From NCBI GenBank assembly GCA_008690995.1, contig VRMN01000001.1, positions 1,054,001 to 1,118,000 of the forward strand: a stretch of 64,000 nt of DNA. The letters run 5' to 3'. The number at the start of each line of letters is the position of its first letter. Position 1 is the stretch's first letter. Shown piece by piece: positions 1 through 10,967 of this stretch. A program made the translations under genes and the position numbers. The notes beneath the pieces were generated by a model. The model was given only the letters and a program-made list of their open reading frames with translations, was not told where the DNA came from and ran no database searches. This stretch comes from Porphyridium purpureum. Lineage: Eukaryota.

Positions 1-4
1 GCAC

Positions 5-3000
5 GTGGGAGACGTTCCCGCCAGTGTAGAAAATGGCCACTCAAGCGCCTACGGAACCGATTCGCAACCGGTGGAAAGCATCGGAGACGCTCTACCCAGA
101 CTCGACAAAAACCATGTCGCCGCGGAAGAAAAGGAGGCAAAAGGGAAGGAAGAAGAAGAGGCTACCGTTTGCGTTTGCGGGAGTACCAAGAATCGAGGCT
201 TCATGATCTACTGTGAAACTTGTCGGACGTGGCAGCATGGCAAGTGCATTGGGTACAAGCGGGAGAGCGAAGTTCCCGAGGAGTACTATTGCACACGATG
301 CCGGCCGGACCTGATGCTCGCGACTTGTGTAGCGCATCCTCATTTCAAGCCATCGCAGCGCGGGTCAGGTTCGCTGCGGGATGCGAATGTGACTGAGGCA
401 GAAAGAGCATGTCTTGCGGAAGTGAAAAGTGCTCAAATACGGAAGCTTATCCGCGGTGGAATGAAGTTGGATAGATCAGACAGAGTAGAAACGTTGCGTA
501 GGTATGCAAAGGACTGGCGAACAGTGTACAGATACCGCGCAGAAGAGGACGCGCTTCGCGCTGATTTTTTAAAGGCGATGCGCATTCTGACGGGTTGGGA
601 TGTGGAGGCGATTTTGGAACAGCTCAACTCAACAACATCCTCATCAGATCATCCGACCAAGTCTGGGCCCGTATCGCCTTTTGCTTCACCCTCGGTGACT
701 GGGCGCGTTATGTCGCTATCGCCTCGCCAATCTTCTTTGAGTTCAGATGCGGGCCATGGAAATGGAACTACTTCACTCGATCTTGGACTGAATAATCGGT
801 CTGGAGGCGAAGACAGTAATGCTAGAAGTGGAGGTGGGCAGCAGCACCGTGAAAAAGAGCGAGTATCGAATGGGAGGAAACGAAAAACCGAGACTGCGAA
901 CACTGTACCCAAGATCGATTACAAAGACGGCGTCTACTTTAAAGACGGTATGCTCGTCGATCCGAACGCAATGACGCGCGATGAACGCAAAATGTATCAA
1001 CTTGCCCTACAGTTTCAGCGCATGGAAGAGCGCTCCAAGAGGAATAAGCGCGGCGGCGGCGGTAGCCACAGCGAAACGACGTCCTCACCCCGTGCAGACC
1101 CGAAGGAGGTACAAGGCACGCGGAGAGGCTCCCCGAGTCCAAAATCAATCCAGCAATCTAGGCAGAGGAGTCCTTGTGTCTCCAAGAAGCCCTCTCCTGG
1201 AACAGCTGGGGGTGCGGGCGGGACACCACGCGCGTTGACGAAAACAGCCACTGATGCAATAGGCACCCAGAGAAAAAGTAATGTCGCGAACGTCACAACC
1301 TCGGCCGCCAGCGCCGCAGACGCCAGCATAACGCCCAGAACTCCCGGTAGGAAATCGAATGGAGAAAGGAGCACCGGGTTTCCGGCGGCGCTTGCTCCGA
1401 CCAGTCCGGACATTGGGACGTCGAGCCTTCCGCTGCTTTCACCGGAGGACCGTAAGCGATTGTTAATTCCGCTGAAGGCGCCTGGGCCTTCCATAATCGG
1501 TTCATCTTTGTTCGCGCCCAGCAGTGAGAGTGGCACTGGAACTGTTGAGGATATTGGGACAAAGAAGTATCGCATTCTGAACGGCACGCAATTTTGCTCG
1601 AAGGAAAGGTGTGGAGAAGGAGATCATCACAACATCATAGTCCGCGAGGCCTACAATGACCTGAGAGAGGCATCTTGTGCTCCGGAAATGTTTGATTCCG
1701 ACCTGGCTGTTTCGGTTCTACCGCGAAAGCGACTGCTTCTGGAGAAATGGGCCTCCGTTTCTACTGCTCTACCCGAAGCGGAAGGACGGGACCGTCCCGG
1801 TGATTTTGTGCGTTCAGATGCAAGCAGTCGTTGTGGCGGGAGTGAAGGCGAACGTGTCGAAAAGCGTGATGGCGCAATTCAATTTGTTGACACGGGCTTT
1901 AACACCCTCTCATCTCCAGTGGCCGTCACAAAGACAGGTATGGAATGGAAGAAGATCGGCGCGGATGTGCTGGACAAGGACGAAGCGATAAAGGACGAAA
2001 GAGTAGAGATTAATGGGACAGCGGCAGTGGGAGACGAGGAGGAAAGTGCCTCTCGTGTTCCTTCATTCTTACTGCATGCGAGTATGGCATGTAGCGAGGG
2101 TGGACGTGATGACGCGCCTTCTCAAGCTTCGGCGTTTATTTCTTTGGCCAAGGACGGGCAAGGGAACATATCGGCGCGTGCATGTTCCCGACCGGCTCAC
2201 AACGCAGTTGACAAGGCGCCTGAATCTTCCATCAACAATTCGCCATCCTTTCCTGCGAGTTCGCCTATAATGAGGAAGTCTTCTGGTGACTCGGCAGGCT
2301 CAGTATTGCCTAGGAAGCGGAAGCTGGTGGTGTCTGATGATGAGGACGATGATATTCACAAGGATCAAAGTGCAACTGGCGAGCCCCTGCTGACGAAGAA
2401 ACTCCAAAAGCAAGAAGCTGTTGCGGAAGGAAGAGCTGAAGTAGAGGTGGGCCGTGACAAGAACGACAACAACGTCCGCGATTTCATAATTCCCAAGGTG
2501 GAACCTCACGCCGTCAAGCCCTCTTCGGAAGACGTTAATGTGGAGACGGCGCAATCAAAAACACCAAAGGCATCTCCGAGAATAGCAACATTATCCTTTG
2601 GGAGTAATACGGGAGCCAGCGGTGCCGGCGGCGTGAGCGGCAGCGCGAACGGCGGCATAGTGATAGGAGCCTCTCTTCCCGCAGGATCGCCTGTCTTGTC
2701 GCTTTCGTTCGGTGGTATGACAAAGACACGAGGCGGCTCGCCTGGAGGGCTCGGTCCGATGTCTCTGTGGGGACAACAGCAGGGTCATCAGGAATCTGCT
2801 GATGTGCCGGCGTTCGGGCGACTGAATTCCGGGACAACCGGATCCTCAGTTGCTGGCAGCCGACCAATAGTTGGCCTACCGGCATTTGGAGAGACTGGCG
2901 CGCCAAAACTATCGTTTTCGTTCGGCGCGGGTTTGGCCGAGTCGGGCATTTTGCCGACTGCTGCTGCTCGTCAAAACGAGGTGGAATCCGCGCAGCCTAT

Positions 3001-3934
3001 TTCTTTGGCCGAAAGAGACGATGATAAGTATGAGAAGGCCCCTGCTGTGATACCCGCGAGCACTGAAAATGAACTCAGAGGCGCGGGCGCTGGTCTTGAC
3101 GAGGAGTGTGCAGAGGAGAAGAATAAGGAACGTGGAAGAGCGGACCAAGGTGCTGCGGCGTGCAGTATTGTCGACCCGAAGGAAGTAGGAGGTATGGAAA
3201 ATGCGCCGTCAGTTGTGCCTCAAAATTCAGAAAAGGACACGTCGGGCCATGTTGCCGTGACCGTTGATTCGAAGGAGGACGGCACAGCTATGGGGTCGTT
3301 AAAAGGTGTTCAGTCTGACGAGGCTGACCGCGCGGTCAGTATTGCTGTGCTTCCGGAAAGTTCATGGCAAATTCCATGCGCAAAATCCCCATCTGCAACG
3401 GAAGCCTCTGAGGAAAAATTGTCCTTGAGGGATGTTCGTACAACTGCGTCTGGCGGCTCGCCTTTTCCCCCTGGACAACAGATCGGTGATCATAGCACCG
3501 TTGGGTCTTTTCCATTGAAAACCTGGCCCTCCTCAGGAAATGCGTCACGGGGAGGTCATGGTAGTAGTGGCAATACCGGTGGCAATGGACATCACCGGGG
3601 TGCACTCACGCGCGACAACAAGTGGAACGGCGCATGCAGTGGTGTAGCAGATTCGCGAGGCGTTACCGCAGGACATGGATGGAACGGCGGCCGGCATGAC
3701 CATCAATCCCAGCGAGCTTGTGATGGCAAGTCGTCTCCTTACTTCAGGAAGGATAGTGGGGGTAATTCTGTCGGTAGCGTAGCAGGTTTTGAACATGGGT
3801 CGCAAATACCTGCTTCGGCGTCACTCTTACAGTCGCACAGGCAGAAGTCGGACTCTGGTGATCGGCCGAAAAAGGTGAACAGCGAGGCTCTTCAGGCGTG
3901 GCGACTGTATCGCCAGCAGAATGGATGGGGTTGA
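5..3934 (+). CDS. PHD-finger chromatin protein with MLL5/SETD5/Set3-like motifs; probably 5'-partial
   Basis: C4HC3 PHD (CVCG...MIYCETCRTWQHGKC...YYCTRC) at ~164-307; helix MTRDERKMYQLALQFQRMEER; remainder is low-complexity. The ORF starts at GTG at the window edge and the frame is open upstream. Confidence 0.8.
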   Translation: MGDVPASVENGHSSAYGTDSQPVESIGDALPRLDKNHVAAEEKEAKGKEEEEATVCVCGSTKNRGFMIYCETCRTWQHGKCIGYKRESEVPEEYYCTRCRPDLMLATCVAHPHFKPSQRGSGSLRDANVTEAERACLAEVKSAQIRKLIRGGMKLDRSDRVETLRRYAKDWRTVYRYRAEEDALRADFLKAMRILTGWDVEAILEQLNSTTSSSDHPTKSGPVSPFASPSVTGRVMSLSPRQSSLSSDAGHGNGTTSLDLGLNNRSGGEDSNARSGGGQQHREKERVSNGRKRKTETANTVPKIDYKDGVYFKDGMLVDPNAMTRDERKMYQLALQFQRMEERSKRNKRGGGGSHSETTSSPRADPKEVQGTRRGSPSPKSIQQSRQRSPCVSKKPSPGTAGGAGGTPRALTKTATDAIGTQRKSNVANVTTSAASAADASITPRTPGRKSNGERSTGFPAALAPTSPDIGTSSLPLLSPEDRKRLLIPLKAPGPSIIGSSLFAPSSESGTGTVEDIGTKKYRILNGTQFCSKERCGEGDHHNIIVREAYNDLREASCAPEMFDSDLAVSVLPRKRLLLEKWASVSTALPEAEGRDRPGDFVRSDASSRCGGSEGERVEKRDGAIQFVDTGFNTLSSPVAVTKTGMEWKKIGADVLDKDEAIKDERVEINGTAAVGDEEESASRVPSFLLHASMACSEGGRDDAPSQASAFISLAKDGQGNISARACSRPAHNAVDKAPESSINNSPSFPASSPIMRKSSGDSAGSVLPRKRKLVVSDDEDDDIHKDQSATGEPLLTKKLQKQEAVAEGRAEVEVGRDKNDNNVRDFIIPKVEPHAVKPSSEDVNVETAQSKTPKASPRIATLSFGSNTGASGAGGVSGSANGGIVIGASLPAGSPVLSLSFGGMTKTRGGSPGGLGPMSLWGQQQGHQESADVPAFGRLNSGTTGSSVAGSRPIVGLPAFGETGAPKLSFSFGAGLAESGILPTAAARQNEVESAQPISLAERDDDKYEKAPAVIPASTENELRGAGAGLDEECAEEKNKERGRADQGAAACSIVDPKEVGGMENAPSVVPQNSEKDTSGHVAVTVDSKEDGTAMGSLKGVQSDEADRAVSIAVLPESSWQIPCAKSPSATEASEEKLSLRDVRTTASGGSPFPPGQQIGDHSTVGSFPLKTWPSSGNASRGGHGSSGNTGGNGHHRGALTRDNKWNGACSGVADSRGVTAGHGWNGGRHDHQSQRACDGKSSPYFRKDSGGNSVGSVAGFEHGSQIPASASLLQSHRQKSDSGDRPKKVNSEALQAWRLYRQQNGWG

Positions 3935-4065
3935 CACAGAGTAGACTAGCATGCCTGCTTGTGAATCGTCGAATAAACTTATTGGGCCGGGTGAAAGTGC
4001 AGGTTACAGGCGCGTTTTGACTCGCTAGCTCTTCCATAGGTTCGCGACCCAACTTGAACATGAGA

Positions 4066-7000
4066 TCAGCCCTTCCGCGACAACTGCAGCTGCAGTTTGG
4101 TGCAGAAGGTGTGTTTGGACAGGTTGAGGACGCGGTATGAGACGGAGTTGAGCCCGTTTTGCTTGAAAGCTTCCTTGTCTCGAAGTGCGATCTCAAGGCG
4201 CGCACGCGATGTCCTCTCCAAAGCAAGGATGTCACCAGCGCTGAGCTCCGGCGGCATAGACAGAACATGAGGATGATAAAGCTCGTAAAAGATACCAGCT
4301 TCAGGGTCGCGCCGTGCAGGAATGCCGTGCTTTGTCAGACCCGCCTGCATGAGACGTGGCAACAGGTCGCGATCCTCAAAGCCAGTGCCCCAGTGGTCAT
4401 TGGCGTAGCCATTCACTTTCAAATAACTGTGCGCGCTGCTGAAGAGCATGGCAAGGCCCGTGAATCTAGGGTCAGCCACTCGGGTGCCGCGATTGCTTAC
4501 AAGCGTACTTGGCAGCGCCTCTGCATCACTTTGTGCGCTCTCTGCCAAGTACGACACACCCGCCATCGGCAGCCATCTGAGATCGTGAAAAGCAAACGAT
4601 ATGTCATCCCATACAGGCGCGCAATTGCCCTTGGCACTGCCAGGGCACATCTCACGAAACGCTGCATTGTTGAGCGCCCCTCGATTCAAAGGTTGTCCAT
4701 CCGTCTGATGCACGAGCAGAATTTCAAAGTTTGGTACGCACTGTTGGCGCAACAAACTGTCCATGTATCTAGCAAATACCTCTGCTTCGATTCGCATGTC
4801 GTTCGTCAGACCTGCCACTACACGCAGTTCACGCGTGTCACCAACCGATGCCGGACCATTCTTTTCCTTGATATTCCGAAGCGTGTCTAGCGCGGTAAAG
4901 TCCTGGCGCGTGCGTAACGGGTCAAACGAGCTCAAGTCGAGATGATCGAGGCAGGGCGAGACCCCAACGATCGCGCGCACGTCTGCGTCGTCGTCCCGTG
5001 GTTCGATACTGGTACTTTCCACAGCAAGACACCACGCCTGACTCCTGTATGTGCTGAGAAGTCGAATTTGTGCCAACCCGCTGTGCCTCCACAATTGATT
5101 CTCGCTGCCCACGATATCTGACTGCACTGTGTGACACGGCGACAAGTGCAGGCCCATAAAGTGCTTCGAGCTGTCTTTGCCCGCAGACAGGCAGAGTGCC
5201 AAATTCTCAGATTGTTTCGGCTCGACTTTCCTGTTAGAGTAATTAGACGTCGGATTTTGATCCGAAAAGTCAGTTCGAGTGGTTGCCAGATCCAACCACT
5301 CTAATTGAAACATCAGGTCCGAGTGGAGCGACGAAGGCACTTTGACAGGTCTTTTTCTCCATCGCATACTCGGACTGTCTTGGAAAACTTGAGCGCATGG
5401 TTCCAGCGTGACAACCATATCTTCGCTATTGAACTTGAGCCCGATTCTGGATTTGGACCTGGGATGCAGTTTCCTTTCCCGATTGGATGTTGGTGATCTC
5501 ACTGCAGGGGGATTTTCTGATCCCGGCGAGGCCATTAGACATCGGCGCTCGGATCCTGACGCCACCATTGCACCGAGAAATTCGATCATGGAGTCCTGCT
5601 GTTCGTGGGGCGCGAGGAAAAATTGTAGAGCGATATCGTCCAGCTCTAGGCTCCGTTCGAGAGTCTTTGCTTCTATGTTTTCTTCTTCTTTCGAGCTCCA
5701 GGCTTGCTCATTGAAGCCTGCGTCTTCTTGGAAACTTATTGCATCATCATCACCTGTACCTTGATCCAGTGAGGACGTTTCAAACTCCACTACGAGTTCG
5801 AGATGCGACAGCGCATCTGTGACGGCGGCAATCCGGACCCCGCCTGCTGAGGATGCCATTGCTTGTGTGGTCGTCGGAGCGAGTACAGAAGCAGAGCGGT
5901 AATCCAGCCAGCAAGACAACGGAGGCTTCAGAAATACCGATTCTGCCTGCTTCGCGGCACGCCGGCTCAGTAGTGAGTAAAAGGCGCCTCCTGCGTAACA
6001 TGGCAAGTCAACGAAGTGCACCTTAGATTCGTTCATGCGCTTCATGAACTCTCTTTCTAGCACACTGAGCTCTGGTCGTAACTTTCGGTGGGCTTGACAG
6101 TTAGGAAATGGTGCTGTGCGTTCAAAAGCGTGTACGCTGCCAAACACGGCACCGAAGCTTGTATCGCTCTCTCTGCCACCAATGCGCGTCCAATTAAAGC
6201 CCGAAACACAGCTCGCAGAACGGATCACAGCCAAATAATTCGCATTCTGCTCCCTCCGTTGCTTAGCACTGAATCGGTCGTACTTGTGTGGGTCGAGCGC
6301 TTCGATTGATAACGGGAGCACGGACGGATCGAGAAAGAGCACGTGTGTCGCCCAAGCCCGCACAGCGTTAAAGCCGAGGTTGTACAAAAACCCTTTGAAA
6401 AAATTTCTAGCAAGTGTCGGCGATTGCGAGACGGCTACGACACGAAGTTCGAAAGGTGACGTTTGCGATTCTGCAGCCGATGACTGGAAAAGCGAGAAAG
6501 GTAGCGATGCCTCGCGCATCAGCGATGCAAGGTACCTCGATATGACCTGCACGCGTTCATCACGGACGATCTCAGTGGAGATTACAACTGCAACCCGCGG
6601 AATTTGGCGAGTAGTAGATGCGGTACTAGCCATCATCTGTTGGCGCTCATTGTGCATGCTGGTATCCACGCGCATCGACTTCAAGATTCCCCGAAGAATT
6701 TGCTCTGCCTCACCGTGAGCCACCGAATTCTCTTGCTTGTCCGACTTTTCCATAAGCAAAGACGGATCAAGATCATCCCACTGCTGATCTTTTGTGAATG
6801 AAAGCTCGGTCCTCCCCGCGACTTGTTCATCTCGGTACTGGTCCGGCTGCAGATCCAATTCATAAGCAGGAGCTTCTGCACTGAACAAGCGTTGCAGGCT
6901 CAGCATCACTCCGAACACTAGCACGGTGACCATCACCGTTTGGCCAACCGCGCGCCACGAACCGCGCGCATGCAACGCATTGGCGCCGCCGTACGTTGGC

Positions 7001-7098
7001 CGTGGCAGTGGTCTCGCGGATGAGGAGGACGATATCGAGGATGCGCTCCTCATCAACACGTCCCAGCGTGGACGTCCGGGCGCGGCGCGCGCGCTCAT
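4066..7098 (-). CDS. Type II membrane glycosyltransferase: degenerate GT7 domain + ricin-B-like domain + GT7 (beta-1,4-galactosyltransferase-like) domain
   Basis: TM segment VMVTVLVFGVMLSL. C-terminal domain has QTDGQPLNRGALNN, FAFHDLRWLP, KVNGYANDHWGTGFEDRDL, QNGLNSVSY. N-terminal copy has FFKGFLYNLGF and VLFLDPSVLP. Central CL...L(E/S)PC...QxW repeats. First ATG at 7098. Confidence 0.75.
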   Translation of the reverse strand: MSARAAPGRPRWDVLMRSASSISSSSSARPLPRPTYGGANALHARGSWRAVGQTVMVTVLVFGVMLSLQRLFSAEAPAYELDLQPDQYRDEQVAGRTELSFTKDQQWDDLDPSLLMEKSDKQENSVAHGEAEQILRGILKSMRVDTSMHNERQQMMASTASTTRQIPRVAVVISTEIVRDERVQVISRYLASLMREASLPFSLFQSSAAESQTSPFELRVVAVSQSPTLARNFFKGFLYNLGFNAVRAWATHVLFLDPSVLPLSIEALDPHKYDRFSAKQRREQNANYLAVIRSASCVSGFNWTRIGGRESDTSFGAVFGSVHAFERTAPFPNCQAHRKLRPELSVLEREFMKRMNESKVHFVDLPCYAGGAFYSLLSRRAAKQAESVFLKPPLSCWLDYRSASVLAPTTTQAMASSAGGVRIAAVTDALSHLELVVEFETSSLDQGTGDDDAISFQEDAGFNEQAWSSKEEENIEAKTLERSLELDDIALQFFLAPHEQQDSMIEFLGAMVASGSERRCLMASPGSENPPAVRSPTSNRERKLHPRSKSRIGLKFNSEDMVVTLEPCAQVFQDSPSMRWRKRPVKVPSSLHSDLMFQLEWLDLATTRTDFSDQNPTSNYSNRKVEPKQSENLALCLSAGKDSSKHFMGLHLSPCHTVQSDIVGSENQLWRHSGLAQIRLLSTYRSQAWCLAVESTSIEPRDDDADVRAIVGVSPCLDHLDLSSFDPLRTRQDFTALDTLRNIKEKNGPASVGDTRELRVVAGLTNDMRIEAEVFARYMDSLLRQQCVPNFEILLVHQTDGQPLNRGALNNAAFREMCPGSAKGNCAPVWDDISFAFHDLRWLPMAGVSYLAESAQSDAEALPSTLVSNRGTRVADPRFTGLAMLFSSAHSYLKVNGYANDHWGTGFEDRDLLPRLMQAGLTKHGIPARRDPEAGIFYELYHPHVLSMPPELSAGDILALERTSRARLEIALRDKEAFKQNGLNSVSYRVLNLSKHTFCTKLQLQLSRKG

Positions 7099-7287
7099 GG
7101 AAGCTCTGGCGCAAAAACCGAGGTTTGTCAGATGCCATCCGAGTTTAAGATCAGGACGTAAAAAGCCTGTCAAGTCTATTCTTTACTGTTAGGACGCTGG
7201 CCACGTCCCAAAGAGGTCAGATGCGTGGCTTGTCTGGTCTTCGCGCTGCGCGCCCCAAGCTGGACAACAGCAGAGCGGCAACTTGGG

Positions 7288-8580
7288 CTACAACATGACG
7301 AGGGCGTTCTCGTGAGGTTCGATTGGTCGGGTCTTCCAATTGTAAACGTAGTAATGCAAAATGCCGTCGCCGGCATTGAAACGCAGCTCTTTGAAAAACG
7401 ACTCGTTCTGTTTCATGTTGAGCGCATTGAACACATCAATCTTGATCTTGCTAGCAACAACAAGCATATCCCTCATCAGCTCCGTCAACGCTGTCTTTTC
7501 GGTGCCATAATTCCAGAGATACGCCGCGTCCAGAGTTTTATGCTTATCGTGCCGGATCACGGTAGACGGAATGACATAGAATGAGATCACGTCCGTGATT
7601 TGGTGCGAGTCTGGGTTTTCAACCACATAGCAGTACACAACTCCGGCTCGCTCCAAATGCCAATGCCGAAATTCGGCAACAGACCATTCGATTCTCAATT
7701 GGAATTTTTCCGACTGGCGATTAATCAGCGCACAAGCTGCCTCCACATCGCGTTCCTCCATGGCTCTCAGGCCTGGCGTCTTGGTCTTTTCTGGCACGTT
7801 ATTCAACCGAATCATTCGCGACAGCGGCATGTTTGGCGGTAGGCGCGAAAATCCAACCTCAACCAACTTTTTGGTGTTCAGCGAGCGGTGGTAGTACTGG
7901 TTGGCTGTCAGCGGGCGCGGAAGGTACGAACCTGCGGTATAAACGGCCTGGAAGCAACCAGTCAAGTGGACGCGCCTGGTAATTTCTTTGATGAGCACGG
8001 GCGCCAAGCGCTTGGAGCGCAATTTCTTGTGCACGCAAAGAAAGTTGATTTCGGGCATACTTTGTGCGTGCTCTCTGACGTGTAGCAAGACGGGCACGGC
8101 GCTAATAAAGGCAACCAACTTGCCGGAAGCCTTGACTCGCACCCCCACGTGCCAATCCTTTCTCCAACCTGGCGGGAAGAGTGCCCATGACAAAAACGCC
8201 TTCGAGTAATCAAATCGGAAGCCCGCGTCATCATCTTCCACGTAGTTTTCGCTGAGCAGAGCGTAGAGTTGGTCGAGGATGGGCTCATGCTGGAGATCAA
8301 GCTCTTCCCACTCAAAGTGCGACAGGAGTGCGTGCGGCTTCTTCTGAATGTCTTCGACGGGTCGATCAGGCTCAATTGGGCATCCCTTCTGCATGTCAAA
8401 AATCGATTCGTCATCCAGCTTGGGTACCGGCTGCGTGTTCCAAAACTTGAAGTCCGAATTGACGTCTCCCTTGCTGCCAATATGCGCGTTCAGTCTGGCC
8501 ATCATTTCCTCGAGGTTTGAGAGCGGGGGCTTGCCAGGATGCCCCTCGTCCCCGTCGCCGTCTTGTCCCCGTTCATCCAT
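7288..8580 (-). CDS. NMT1: Glycylpeptide N-myristoyltransferase
   Basis: FKFWNTQPVP, ENYVEDDD..FRFDYS, EINFLCVHKKLRSKRLAPVLIKEITRRV, GDGILHYYVYNW. Confidence 0.98.
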   Translation of the reverse strand: MDERGQDGDGDEGHPGKPPLSNLEEMMARLNAHIGSKGDVNSDFKFWNTQPVPKLDDESIFDMQKGCPIEPDRPVEDIQKKPHALLSHFEWEELDLQHEPILDQLYALLSENYVEDDDAGFRFDYSKAFLSWALFPPGWRKDWHVGVRVKASGKLVAFISAVPVLLHVREHAQSMPEINFLCVHKKLRSKRLAPVLIKEITRRVHLTGCFQAVYTAGSYLPRPLTANQYYHRSLNTKKLVEVGFSRLPPNMPLSRMIRLNNVPEKTKTPGLRAMEERDVEAACALINRQSEKFQLRIEWSVAEFRHWHLERAGVVYCYVVENPDSHQITDVISFYVIPSTVIRHDKHKTLDAAYLWNYGTEKTALTELMRDMLVVASKIKIDVFNALNMKQNESFFKELRFNAGDGILHYYVYNWKTRPIEPHENALVML

Positions 8581-8686
8581 GCTTTCGATCGCCGTGCCTT
8601 TCCCCTCTCCTTCCTCTTCTCGATCGCCGCTACTTTGCGCGCTCAGTCACACGATTACAAATAAAAGCAGCGGCTTTACTATGTAA

Positions 8687-10342
8687 ATGTTTACGAGTGG
8701 TTTCTCAAATTGCTCGAGTTCCGTGGCGTCGATGGAGACGATGGCGACCGTGCCGGCGTTGGAGCGCGAGAATGTCAGCAAGCGGACTCGACGAGAGGCC
8801 GGCTGGAAGCGGGATGGCGGCGCAGAAATAGGGCGCTACGGCGTGATGCCGGTCGGCAACCTCATGCTTGACAGCGCGCAGTGCACGCGCGAGGAGTACG
8901 AGCGGCTGAGGGTAAGGGCACTGGGATTGTACTTTAGCGCGCTGCCGGATGAGCTCGTGCTTCGCGTGCTCGGAGAGTTGACTGCTGCAGATCTAGCCAG
9001 CTTTTCGGTAGCCAGTAAGATGTGCTACGTGTATGCTCACAATCACGACTTGTGGCGGAGCCTTGTCTTCAATACACCGTTCGCGGCGGTCGCCGCGCCC
9101 GAACGCGAAGAGCAGCTCAGCTTGTCTGGGCTACGCTTCGCAGAGAACTGGAAGTCAACATACATGCAGACAAATGCAAGCTCTCGGCAGAGCAAGGTAC
9201 CAGGGCAAACGCGTCCAACGGTACCTGTCCTTGGTCACAAGCCGCGTGAGTTCTACCCTGTCTATTCAGACGTCCTGTTCCATGCATGGAAGTGTTTTTC
9301 CTCCTCCATTGATCCGGCTTGGCTTCACAGAAGCAATATTCCGCACGTCGCAGCAGAGGCACTTGGAGTCGATGAATTTCGAATTAAGTTTGGGAAGCCT
9401 AATTTACCCGTGGTCGTAGAGAACGTCACAACCCAATGGCCAGCGTACCACAAATGGACTCGCGATTACTTGATCGAGTCAAGCAGAGGACAGCGCTTCA
9501 ATGCTGGTGGCTACTTGTTTACAATGGAGGAGTATTTTTCATACTTGGACAAGGTACATGACGAGCAGCCTCTGTATCTTTTCGACAAAGCCTTTGTATC
9601 CAGAGTTCCAGCGTGGGAAAACGAGTTTGCAGTACCTGAGTATTTCAAATCGGATTTGTTCAAGGTGCTTGAGGGGACCTCATACCGTCCTGATCACCAA
9701 TGGCTGATCATTGGTGGCGCACGGTCAGGCTCCACCTTCCATATGGACCCGAACGCGACGTCGGCTTGGAACGCTGTCATTAGGGGGCGGAAAAAATGGG
9801 TTTTGTTCCCTCCAGACGCACTTCCTCCGGGCGTCGTACCGAACGAAGACGGCTCGGACGTGTGCTCGCCCGTGTCTGTCATGGAGTGGTTTCTGAACTT
9901 TTACGCGTCGGCAACGGCCATGCCTGAATGCTACGAAACCATCTGCGAGGAGGGTGACTGTTTGTTTGTGCCGCAAGGCTGGTGGCACATTGTGTTGAAT
10001 CTGGATGACGTGAATGTTGCTGTCACGCAGAATTTTGCAGATCCCGATCATCTGGTCGAAGTTCTTCTTTTTCTGCGCACCAAGAGCGAGAAGCGCATTT
10101 CGGGGGTGCGCGATGAACTCCGTGGCGCATTGTGCGATGTGTTTGAGTCTGAGCTGCAAGAACACTATCCGGAGGAATACCGACTTGCCTCGGCCAGAAT
10201 CGAGGACTTTCTTTCCCAAAGTGGCATTTGGAAGCGCTTACGGCGCACCGCGCCAGAAAACATCCGCAGCGAAACGTCCGAAGCTGCTGAACCTGCGAAG
10301 AACCAAACCAGCGCCGAGTTCCACTTTGACTTCCTGCAATAG
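8687..10342 (+). CDS. F-box + JmjC protein (JMJD6/plant JMJ22-like 2-oxoglutarate dioxygenase)
   Basis: F-box FSALPDELVLRVL; JmjC GSTFHMDPNATSAWN (HxD) and FVPQGWWH. The true start could be a slightly later ATG. Confidence 0.92.
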   Translation: MFTSGFSNCSSSVASMETMATVPALERENVSKRTRREAGWKRDGGAEIGRYGVMPVGNLMLDSAQCTREEYERLRVRALGLYFSALPDELVLRVLGELTAADLASFSVASKMCYVYAHNHDLWRSLVFNTPFAAVAAPEREEQLSLSGLRFAENWKSTYMQTNASSRQSKVPGQTRPTVPVLGHKPREFYPVYSDVLFHAWKCFSSSIDPAWLHRSNIPHVAAEALGVDEFRIKFGKPNLPVVVENVTTQWPAYHKWTRDYLIESSRGQRFNAGGYLFTMEEYFSYLDKVHDEQPLYLFDKAFVSRVPAWENEFAVPEYFKSDLFKVLEGTSYRPDHQWLIIGGARSGSTFHMDPNATSAWNAVIRGRKKWVLFPPDALPPGVVPNEDGSDVCSPVSVMEWFLNFYASATAMPECYETICEEGDCLFVPQGWWHIVLNLDDVNVAVTQNFADPDHLVEVLLFLRTKSEKRISGVRDELRGALCDVFESELQEHYPEEYRLASARIEDFLSQSGIWKRLRRTAPENIRSETSEAAEPAKNQTSAEFHFDFLQ

Positions 10343-10967
10343 CAATCGACCTGAACAGAACACCACCGGCGTTAATGTGTTTGTAACGACCTCGATATTA
10401 ATTAAGTTTTGTTAATTAGAGCTAAACCACACATTGTTTACAGTTTCTGGTCGAGCGCCAGTTTCTGTGGCTCGTCACGCCGAACCACGAACGACTGACT
10501 GTCGCTTTGGGTTGAGGCGAAAAGTCCAGGTTGGCAAGTGGGGAGGGAAGGAGCGCCTCGACGTGCTTTGCTCACATTCGGTGCAGCAATCGTTTTGCAA
10601 GCCTCACTTTTATCAGAGTGTCTAGTATGTTTCGGATTCCCGTCCATTTTCGTGGCGTTCTGCATACGCCCCCATGTCACAGGGGGCCAAAAAGCAAAGG
10701 AAAGAATGAACACGGATGAAGCCAAGTGGGAGCTGTGGTGGGATTGAACACACGCGTCAAGCGTTGAGCCTGCGACCTCGAGACATGTAACTCCTTGAGC
10801 TAAATCGTTGCTTTCGACAGATTGTATGATGTTTGCTTGGCCGCTGCTTCTGTCAAGAAGCAAGCCCGTCAACGCTCGGCGCTCATAAATACTGGCACCG
10901 ACGCTGGGCTTGCAAGTATTCTTCTCAAGAAGACGAGTCAATGGGCAGAGACTGACGGCATGCAAAC

